From Schmidtea nova (taxonomy: Eukaryota), in contig CM097883.1 of the NCBI GenBank assembly GCA_044892505.1, positions 315,146,001 to 315,191,222 on the forward strand: DNA of 45,222 nucleotides. The letters run 5' to 3'. A program made the position numbers and the translations under genes. Below the pieces are notes generated by a model. That model was not told where the DNA came from and did no database searches. It worked only from the letters and a program-made list of their open reading frames with translations. Shown here piece by piece: positions 32,713 through 41,900 of this stretch. Position 1 is the stretch's first letter, and every line of letters begins with the position of its first letter.

Positions 32713-32806
32713 TACTGAAAATATTTTTAAATGAAATAATTACTTTGAGAACCAGTATTTAAAACAAATATAAACAATAATATTAATTAAATATAATTTT
32801 TTAAAT

Positions 32807-33430
32807 ATGGAATTAAGAAATGATGCAGTATTTCAAATTGTTGGTCCGAGCGGGAGTGGAAAAACTTTATTTGTTTGTAAATTATTGCAATCGAAATTAT
32901 TCAAGTCAAAATTTAATAATATTTATTGGCATAGGGGTGCTGACGACGAAAGTGGAATGACTCAAGATCAGTTTTGTAAAATAAAAATGACAATCATTAA
33001 AGGTTTCGATAAAAACTGGTCATCCAGATTAAAACAAGGTGATGTGATTATCATTGACGACTTGTATCAAGAAGCAAATAAAGAAAAGGATTTCAATAAC
33101 TTATTTACGAAAATCAGTAGACATAAAGGTGTTACTGTTATTTTTATAACTCAGAATTTATTTCATCAGGGCGGTAGTCATCGAACTCGTAATTTAAATG
33201 TTCAATATCTTGTTGTGTTTAAAAATCCTAGAGATGCAACAGTTATTGATTTTCTGGCAAGACAAGCTTATCCTTCTAATCGTAACTTTTTGATTGAAGC
33301 CTTTCAAGATGCTACAAAATCCCCTCATGGATATATTTTCCTGGATTTTACTCAACAATGTAGTGATGATTTACGCGTTAGAACTGATATTTTTAACCCG
33401 GAAGGAGCCATGGTTTATAAACAAAGTTAA
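32807..33430 (+). CDS. A32-like (FtsK-HerA) DNA packaging ATPase
   Basis: Walker A GPSGSGKT, Walker B VIIIDD, SRH arginine finger, IFITQ. Confidence 0.93.
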   Translation: MELRNDAVFQIVGPSGSGKTLFVCKLLQSKLFKSKFNNIYWHRGADDESGMTQDQFCKIKMTIIKGFDKNWSSRLKQGDVIIIDDLYQEANKEKDFNNLFTKISRHKGVTVIFITQNLFHQGGSHRTRNLNVQYLVVFKNPRDATVIDFLARQAYPSNRNFLIEAFQDATKSPHGYIFLDFTQQCSDDLRVRTDIFNPEGAMVYKQS

Positions 33431-33450
33431 TTCTGTTTGCAATCGTAATC

Positions 33451-33990
33451 ATGTTAATGAAATCTCGAGTAAAGTTTGAGCCATTGATAAAGGCTAGAAC
33501 AAAGAAAACAAAGAAACTATTTACAAAGAAATCTATAAAGAAATCAAGAAAGAAATCAAGATCCAAGAAAATAATTATGGATAATATTCCCAAAAATAAT
33601 CAAATTAATTTGAAATCTAATGCTAAACAAGTACATTATCGGAGTTTACCGTTTTTTAATGCATTACTTAAAGCCCCCTCCGTTAGAAGAATGGGTATTC
33701 TTCAATCGTTTCCTAGTTACGTCATCGATGATTTACTCGCTATTTTAATTAAAGTCGTGAGAGGTAAAATGAATCTAACTCCATCTAATCGCCGTGTTTT
33801 GAACAAGCATAAAAAACCATTGTTGTCGCTAGTAAACTCAAAAAATAAAAAACTTATGCGCAAAGTAATATATAAACAACAAGGTGGTTTTATCGCAGCA
33901 TTGTTACCATTAGCATTATCTTTATTGGAGGTGCTGGTTTATTGGGAAAAAGAAAGTCATAAACAATGGGTCAATCATTACCTAATTTAA
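33451..33990 (+). CDS. Basic virion core/membrane-active-type protein; the true C-terminus is probably frameshifted
   Basis: Lys/Arg-rich, with QQGGFIAALLPLAL. The alternative frame gives FIGGAGLLGKRKS* ending at 33962. Confidence 0.65.
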   Translation: MLMKSRVKFEPLIKARTKKTKKLFTKKSIKKSRKKSRSKKIIMDNIPKNNQINLKSNAKQVHYRSLPFFNALLKAPSVRRMGILQSFPSYVIDDLLAILIKVVRGKMNLTPSNRRVLNKHKKPLLSLVNSKNKKLMRKVIYKQQGGFIAALLPLALSLLEVLVYWEKESHKQWVNHYLI

Positions 33991-34017
33991 ATTTAAACTT
34001 TAAATCTTCTTGTTGTA

Positions 34018-35062
34018 ATGGAGAAGATCTGGACGAACCCAAAAGACGACGCCGGTTTCGGTGGAGTCGAAAAGCTAAGGAAAAAAGCACAGAAGTCGAA
34101 ACAACAGACACAAAGTTGGTTATCGGGGCAACTTGCATACAGTCTAAACAAACCGATGTTGAAACGGTTTCCAACTCGAGCATATAAAACATATAGAATC
34201 AATGATTTGTGGCAAATGGACTTGATGGAAATGATTCCGTATTCCAAAATTAACAAGGGGTACAAGTATATTTTAACATGTATTGATGTTTACAGTCGAT
34301 TTGCTCGAGCAATTGGAGTAAAATCTAAATCTGCTAATGACATGGCAATCGCTATCAAGACAATGATGAAAAAGGATCGGCCAACTAATTTACAAACTGA
34401 TTTGGGTAAAGTTAAATATAATTTTATATATTTATTATTTTTTAGGAAAGGAATTTTACAACAGTAAAGTCAAGGAAGTTATCAAGGGAATAAATCATTA
34501 TTCGGTATTCTCACAATTCAAAGCCGCTCATGTCGAGAGATTTAATCGAACTTTGCGTGATCGATTGAAAAAATACTTTGTTTTTAAAGGCAATAAAACC
34601 TGGATTAATGTCTTACCTAAATTGATTCATAGTTATAATCATAGTGCTCATCGGGGTATAAATGGTAGGAAACCGGCAGAAGTAGTTGATACTGAAAATA
34701 TTGTGAGTGAAGTGAAAGTAAAGAAACCAAAATATAAAGTTGATGATCATGTTCGAATTAGCAAGATTAGTACATCGCCATTCGTTAAAAATTTTGATAA
34801 TAATTGGAGTGATGAGGTATATCAAATATCGAAAGTCAACACAGTGCAGAATCCTGTCATGTATACTATTCGTGACTCTGATAACAATATAATCAGCGGC
34901 AAATTCTACGAACAAGAATTACAAGTTATTCCTCCACCTACGATATTTAGAATTCAAAAGATTTTGAAGACTAAAATGGTGAGTAAGGATAAACAATACT
35001 ATGTCAAATGGCATGGATATAAAGAACCATCATGGATCTCGTCAAAAAATCTAGTAAAGTGA
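34018..35062 (+). CDS. RVE (retroviral-like) integrase with C-terminal chromodomain; exons 34018-34405 and 34446-35062, 334 aa
   Basis: WQMDL, QTDLG|KEFYN restored by removing the 40-nt GT-AG intron 34406-34445, VERFNRTL, YYVKWHGY..PSW. Confidence 0.93.
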
Positions 35063-36075
35063 ATTTTTACACTATTTTACCGAGCAATAGTTGTCCGAAT
35101 ATCCATCCAGATAATACCGCAAGTAAATTCATGGTGAATTTACCTAATCCAATTTATTTAAACGGAAATTGGGAAGTTGCTCTAATGGATTTTACATTTG
35201 TTTACCAACCTTTTCCATATTATAGTTATTGTAAAATTTATTACTATAAAAAGAAAACAATTGTTGCAAATGCATTTTTCTCGATATATAATAATAGTGG
35301 TCATCTGAATGTTCCAACTCACACTATTGATCCGGATATCGAAATGTGGCAACGAGGTGGAAGAATAATTCTCACGTGTAATGTTGTTTCGTATACAATT
35401 ACATTTAATGATCTTGATGTGGCAAAACGAATGGGAAGTAATAATCTGACAATAAAATGTACTGAAGAAGAATGTGAATTCAAAGTTATGCAAAACTTGG
35501 CCAGTAGCGATGAAGAAATAATTACTTTTACTATATCGTATGATCGTCAAGAAGGACATGTATTCACATTCAAGGAGGAGTTGTATATAACGCAACTAGA
35601 TGAATTACAGAAATATATTAGCGATAATTGTTCGAATATTTTTACAGTTGTCGAATTAAATAAATTGTTCAAATTCAAACTCAAAGAAAAAATCACTAAA
35701 GTCCGATTTGATAAATACTTGGTCAATACATTGGGATTAGATAAGGATACATTTACCGATAAAAATATCATTTCTGGTGTTCGTCAACCGAAAATATCTA
35801 AACTTCATCAGCAATTATTCGTGTATACAAACATTATCGAACCCATTATTGTTGGTGATTCCTTGGTTCCTTTACTAAAATCGGTATGGATTGAAAAATA
35901 CGAGCCAGATGAAATTGTTCAAATAGTAATGGATAATCCAATGTATTTATCTGTTTCAACATCCTGTATAAACAATATAGAAATAAATATCCGGGATGAC
36001 AGCGGAAGATTTATAAAATTTCCAAAAGATTCAAAAACTCACTTAACTCTACATTTTCGAAAAAACGATGAGTAA
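35032..36075 (+). CDS. Minor capsid (penton) protein
   Basis: FYTILPSNS...NT.SKF...LP.PI.L.G.WEVAL and LFVYTNIIEP..VGD...PLL...NP.Y..V....INNIEI.IRD are Polinton penton hallmarks. Confidence 0.85.
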   Translation: MDLVKKSSKVNFYTILPSNSCPNIHPDNTASKFMVNLPNPIYLNGNWEVALMDFTFVYQPFPYYSYCKIYYYKKKTIVANAFFSIYNNSGHLNVPTHTIDPDIEMWQRGGRIILTCNVVSYTITFNDLDVAKRMGSNNLTIKCTEEECEFKVMQNLASSDEEIITFTISYDRQEGHVFTFKEELYITQLDELQKYISDNCSNIFTVVELNKLFKFKLKEKITKVRFDKYLVNTLGLDKDTFTDKNIISGVRQPKISKLHQQLFVYTNIIEPIIVGDSLVPLLKSVWIEKYEPDEIVQIVMDNPMYLSVSTSCINNIEINIRDDSGRFIKFPKDSKTHLTLHFRKNDE

Positions 36076-36451
36076 TCCCGATATAGTTTCAATGTACAGT
36101 GATAGCCAAACTGGTGGTGAATTACCGTATTTTGTCGGTAAACAGTATGGATCAGGTTGGTTGAAAACTATTGGGAGATTTGCACTTCCAATTCTTAGAC
36201 GACTAGGTAATTTCGGAATGAATACTGCCAAGGACGTTATCATGAAAGATAATAAAATATTACCGTCATTGAAAACCAACGCTTTGGCCGCAGTTAATAA
36301 AGCTATACCTGCTGTAACTCAAATGCTTCCTACACTTACAAGTATGTTTACAAAAAATAAGGAACCGCAATCTGTACCGGTAGGACCAAGACGTAAACGA
36401 AAGCGTATAAACAAACGAATGAAAGGTCATGGAACTATATTTGAAGAATGA
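36068..36451 (+). CDS. Conserved small Polinton virion protein (Q.G.G plus amphipathic helix, basic tail)
   Basis: KQYGSGWLKTIGRFALPILRRLG...KRKRINKRMKGHG, in the usual position just upstream of the major capsid gene. Confidence 0.7.
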   Translation: MSNPDIVSMYSDSQTGGELPYFVGKQYGSGWLKTIGRFALPILRRLGNFGMNTAKDVIMKDNKILPSLKTNALAAVNKAIPAVTQMLPTLTSMFTKNKEPQSVPVGPRRKRKRINKRMKGHGTIFEE

Positions 36452-37668
36452 TTTGCGGTAAATCTGAATTATGTCTTTTTGATCGACCATCACCTCAAGC
36501 AGTTATTGAATATGGGGCGTTTGAAGATGTGTTTCCAATGAATTCAATTACAGATAGTAGAAATGATGTTGAATTTTACATTAATGGTTCTCAAACCGAA
36601 TATTTGGATTTGAACGATACATTATTGTCCGTTACTGTCAAGGTTGTAGATAAAGATAAAAAAGCTTTAGCTGATGTGAGTGATGTGGTTCCTAATAATT
36701 ACCTGTTTCATACACTTTTCAAAGATGTAATTCTCGGATTTAATAATATAAAAATCGAGGGTGGAAACAATACATATGCGCACAAGGCAATAATCGAAAC
36801 TATTTTAAATTATACGAATGATGCGAAAGAAACATGTCTTACTCCAATGGGATATGGTTCCGCTGACGATCGGAAAAAATGGATTAAAGGATCTAAACTT
36901 TTCAATATGTGTTCGTCATTACAACTGGATTTTATGGATCAACCTAAATACTTACTTCCCGGAGTTAATGTACATATTAGATTGAAGCGATCTGATTCTG
37001 CATTATCATTGAAATCGGCAGCTGGGAAACCAATAATCCAAATAGTTGATGCAAAATTGATGGTAAGAAGAGTTCGATGTGAATCTTCAGTTTTGGCCGG
37101 TCATCAAATTGGTTTAAATAAAAAACATGCAATTTATCCTCTAAAATCCAAAGAAATCGTATCGTTTGCTATCGGTAAAGGGGCGTCGTCATTTTACAAG
37201 GAGCAAATATTTGGAGATAGACGAATGCCTAATTTCATTCTTGTGGCTTTTCAATACGAAAATCAATATAATGGGTCTTATACCGAGTCAACATCTACAT
37301 TCAAACATTTTAATGTGACTTCATTAACATTGTCGAAAAATACCGATTATCGTGAAACATATACCCAGGAATTTGAAAATGATAATTTTAGTGCATCATA
37401 TATGCAAAGTCTTGTCCGAAATCTAGGTTATTTAGATAAAAACTTGAATTGTGGTATATGTTTAGATGAATTTAAATCTAGTTATCCATTCTTTACATTT
37501 GTTCTGGCTCCCGATTTTGATTTGAATCAAAGCCAAATCCCTCAAAACGGAAATTTACGACTCGATATAAAGTTTGCAAAACCTATTGATGAACCGGTTC
37601 ATGTAGTTATATATGGAGTTTTTGAAAATGAAGTACAAATTACTGCCAATCGAACAATACTGGTTTGA
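36448..37668 (+). CDS. Major capsid protein (double jelly roll)
   Basis: SELCLF..P..Q..IE, EF.I.G....YLDL..TLL, YLLPGV.V.I.L.R, G.LRLDI.F..P; 406 aa. Confidence 0.9.
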   Translation: MICGKSELCLFDRPSPQAVIEYGAFEDVFPMNSITDSRNDVEFYINGSQTEYLDLNDTLLSVTVKVVDKDKKALADVSDVVPNNYLFHTLFKDVILGFNNIKIEGGNNTYAHKAIIETILNYTNDAKETCLTPMGYGSADDRKKWIKGSKLFNMCSSLQLDFMDQPKYLLPGVNVHIRLKRSDSALSLKSAAGKPIIQIVDAKLMVRRVRCESSVLAGHQIGLNKKHAIYPLKSKEIVSFAIGKGASSFYKEQIFGDRRMPNFILVAFQYENQYNGSYTESTSTFKHFNVTSLTLSKNTDYRETYTQEFENDNFSASYMQSLVRNLGYLDKNLNCGICLDEFKSSYPFFTFVLAPDFDLNQSQIPQNGNLRLDIKFAKPIDEPVHVVIYGVFENEVQITANRTILV

Positions 37669-37760
37669 GCAGAGCTCAAACATTGTTGGTTTAAGCTCTG
37701 CTTAAACATTACTAGTTTGAGCAGTATAAATGACCAAAGTTATTATAAGTTATTATCATC

Positions 37761-38138
37761 ATGGAGTAAGATTTTTATTTGATTAATTATTTATTTTTAA
37801 TTAGTTCTATTCAGGTATTAAAACAAGGTAAAAAACTATTGGGAAATCAATTTATTGGAGTATTTCCTCTGGATAAAATACCTTATTTGAAAATGAATCA
37901 AGCCATCATTATAAATACTCAGACATCTACGTTGGGCGGTGAACATTGGATTGCAGTTTACGTGAAACCAGATCGAATACATGTATTTGATCCCTTTGGA
38001 TATTATTATCCGAATTTACTTGTTCGAAAACTACAAACTATTGGTAAACCTATTGTGTATAATAGAATTCGATATCAGCATCCTTTAACAATCACTTGTG
38101 GTGAACATTGCCTTGCATGGTTAAAATCAATGTTATAA
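37761..38138 (+). CDS. Adenain-like cysteine protease; exons 37761-37765 and 37805-38138, 112 aa
   Basis: FIGVFP.D, GEHWIAV, FDPFG, Q......CGEHC. A 39-nt GTAAG...TTAG intron supplies the start MDSIQ. Confidence 0.88.
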
Positions 38139-38170
38139 ACAATTTATTTTAATATATTTTATTTGAAAAA

Positions 38171-38572
38171 ATGTCTTGTTATTTTATCGATTTTTATGGT
38201 TATAATGAAATGGGTGGAACAACAATTAAGGAATTATGTATTATGAATGTTAATAATATTTTCACACCCCAGTATTATATATACAGTGATTTATCTTTCT
38301 GGCCTGATCGTATCGAATCGTTTGAAGGACAAGATTATTTTTGCCCAAAATGTATAATGGATGATATCACAGATAAAGGAGCTATTTTCTATGTTACCGA
38401 TAATGAAAAGATGTATGTTTTGAAGAAGTATTTCTTGAAATTAAGATTAATCAAATATACTTATAAAGAAGTTGAATATGTTCCTGAAAACATTTCATGT
38501 CCCTATAAAGACCATTGTATGTGTGTCTATAAAGGGTGCTTGTCTGCTGTTGTAGATTATTTAAAACAATAA
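38171..38572 (+). CDS. Hypothetical 133-aa protein, possibly a degenerate DnaQ/DEDD-like nuclease with Cys/His motifs
   Basis: YFIDFYG...IKELC at the N-terminus; CPKC and CPYKDHCMC. Confidence 0.55.
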   Translation: MSCYFIDFYGYNEMGGTTIKELCIMNVNNIFTPQYYIYSDLSFWPDRIESFEGQDYFCPKCIMDDITDKGAIFYVTDNEKMYVLKKYFLKLRLIKYTYKEVEYVPENISCPYKDHCMCVYKGCLSAVVDYLKQ

Positions 38573-38827
38573 ATGTATAATGTGATTTTATTATTTTTTA
38601 TTATTATTTTTATAAAATATTATTAATTTTATTATTATTAATATTAAATATTATTATTTTAATCATAAAGACATGACCAGTGCGTGATCAGTGCGTGATA
38701 AGCACATGATGAAACACGTCATATCATGTCTTTGTCACGATACAAAGCAAGTATCGTGACGTCAAACACATAAACAAAGGTACATTATGTGTGCAGTATG
38801 TGTGCATGTATTTGTCTATCCTATCTC

Positions 38828-38875
38828 GATTCTGATTGGTCGGTTAATAAAATTCATCTTTATATAGTATATACT
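38828..38875 (+). promoter_or_regulatory. Reverse CCAAT box and TATA-like element upstream of pPolB
   Basis: GATTCTGATTGG at 38828-38839 (reverse of CCAATCAGAATC); TTTATATAGTATATA near 38859-38873. Confidence 0.5.
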
Positions 38876-38942
38876 TGCATTATTTCGTCACTTTTTACTT
38901 TCAAATTTTCAATCAATTTTTCAAATTCCAATTATTAAAAAT

Positions 38943-41900
38943 ATGCAAAATATCAAGATTTCCAAGGAAAGACATCTCGCTGGAGGTGTTAATGGTAAAT
39001 TTATTATTTTTATTTTTAATTTTATTATTATTATATGCTTTCAGAAATGAATATTGCGCGAAATATCGCTGCTGTTATGATGGGACAAGACGATCAATGG
39101 TCTTCTATGAATGTTGCTCCAAGAATTCGAATTAATGAACATAATGGAATAAGATTTTTAAGTAATATTTTTATTATTATTATTATAATTATTTTACTAT
39201 TTCTTTAGATAATGATTGCAACAATAATAACAACAACAACAACAATGCCGAAGCATCAAGGATGGGTGCATTTTCGTCAATGGGACGAACTAATTGTAAT
39301 TTTATTTATTTATTTTATTAATATTATTTAATTATGAATTTTTTCAGATAATATGATAAATGTGGATATAGATGATGAGGTGCCGAATGACGTTCCGAAT
39401 GTGACTGACGTCCCGAAAGTTGTCCAGAATGATGTCCCGATAAATGCTGTTGTCGCTAATCCGGATGCCCCAATTTATGGGAAGACAAAATGTATGCATT
39501 TATTAGTATTTATTTTTTAATTTAAAATTTTAATTTAAATGATACTTTTTATATATTATTTTTAAATAATTTAGTAATGGTTTGTAAAAACAATTACTAA
39601 ATGATTTAAAAGTATAATATTAAAAGTATTTATATTATGAAATATTGATTTACTTTTTTTTTTTTTGGATAAATAACATTTTTGAAATATAGATTTTTGA
39701 TAAAAAGATACAATTTTGAAACATAATTTTTTATGATGAAATAGTGATTTTTTGATAGATACCATTTTGAAATAGAATTTTATATGATGAAATCTTGATT
39801 TTTGATAGATAACATTTTTGAAATAGTGATTTTTGATAGATACCATTTTGAAATAGAATTTTATATGATGAAATAGTGATTTTTGATAGATACCATTTTG
39901 AAATAGAATTTTATATGATGAAATATTGATTTTTGATAGATAATATTTTTGAAATATTATTTTTATATATACCACTATTTAGTTTATATGATTAAATATT
40001 GTTTTTTGATAAAAAGATACAAATTTGAAATAGAATTTTATATGATGAAATATTGATTTTTGATAGATACCATTTTGAAATAGAATTTTATATGATGAAA
40101 TATTGATTTTTGATAGATACCATTTTTGAAATATTATTTTTATATATGCCACTATTTAGTTTATATGATTAAATATTGTTTTTTGATAAAAAGATACAAT
40201 TTTGAAATAGAATTTTATATGATGAAATATTGATTTTTGATAGATAACATTTTTGAAATATTATTTTTATATATGCCACTATTTAGTTTATATGATTAAA
40301 TATTGATTTTTGATAAAAAGATACAATTTAGAAATAGAATTTTATATGATGAAATATTGATTTTTGAAAAAGATACAATTTTGAAATAGAATTTTATATG
40401 ATGAAATAGTGATTTTTGATAGATACCATTTTGAAATAGAATTTTATATGATGAAATATTGATTTTTGATAGATAACATTTTTGAAATATTATTATTTTT
40501 ATATATATGCCACTATTTACTTTATATGATTTTTGATATAATATTTTCAATTTATTTAAATATTTATTTAAATATTTATTTAAATTCAGGTTCAACCTAC
40601 AAAAATTTTTGCAACAGTAGGTTCCATAATGATTGTCATATCATTATGGAAAAATACTACTCGTTGCCATATAATACTGTTACCCACCTCCTATGCCCCA
40701 CCTGTAAACTTATCGAAATTTGTCCATATATAGACTTCTTTAATAGGCACTGTAGCCATCTTTCACAGTTTCAACCGTCTAAGAAAATTTTATTTAAGGA
40801 ACTTTTTCCTAATTTTATTAATAATCCTATAAATAATACTATAAATAATACTATAAATAATACTATAAATAACAATAATCTAAATAATACTATAAATAAT
40901 ACAAATAATCTAAATAACACTAATAATACAAATAATAATCAAACAAATAATATAAATAATACAAATAATACAAATAATACAAATAATTTAATTAATAATA
41001 ATAATAATAAAAGAAAACATATTAAAATTCCGGATTCAGTTCCTAATAAAATTCAAATAATAGATCTCACTGATGATGAATTAATAGTCATCAGTGATGA
41101 TGAAAATTTAAATAATAATAATATTAATCTAAATAATTTAAATAATTTAAATAATCATAACCAAATCGGATATGGTGCCGTCGAAATCGTCAATGACCTA
41201 AATAACAACCATATAATTATTAAAATGGATGTTGAAAATTTAAATTTGAAAACGGTCTCAGTACCGACAATTCTTTTAGAAAAATTAACTTTTCAAGTCA
41301 ACAAATTAAAAACTGTGAAAATTCAATTCTGTTTGAAGGTGGAATTTGAGAAGGACGATGAATTACAATCGTTCGTTATCTCAAATTCTGTCAGGGTCTG
41401 GAGTGATACCTTCATTGAAGAAGGTATTGCTCTTTTAAATGAAAAAATCATCGCGATAAATGAGAAAGGTAGTAACTGGACTATCTCAAAAGTAGAATAC
41501 ATTAGCTTTGTCTTGACCAGATACTCTGAAATAACTAGATTAAGCGGAAGTCAGTTTATCGAAACTCCGAAATATTTAAGGAAAAAGAAATGTTTAGTAA
41601 ATGTGGTTAATCAGGACAACTTTTGTTTTTTATATAGATTTCTTTCTATAATTAAATATGAGAGTTTAACAAATGAAACTCGTTGCATTCCTTCCTCTTA
41701 TAATCTTTCACATTTGAATTATGACCCCAATGATATGCCTATGAGACTTGGAAATATAAGTAAAGTTGAGAGACAAAACCCAGGTTATAGCATCAATGTT
41801 TTGTCATATGATGAAAATCCCTTATTAGATCTTATTGATGAAAATGAGGATATTGTCCTTAAACATCCTTTTATTGACTTAATTTACAAGTCAAAAGTTG

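Noticed and set aside
39571-40595. ORFs 39571-39975 and 40296-40595, and the first 41 codons of ORF 40466
   Set aside because: They derive from the intronic 50-bp tandem repeat
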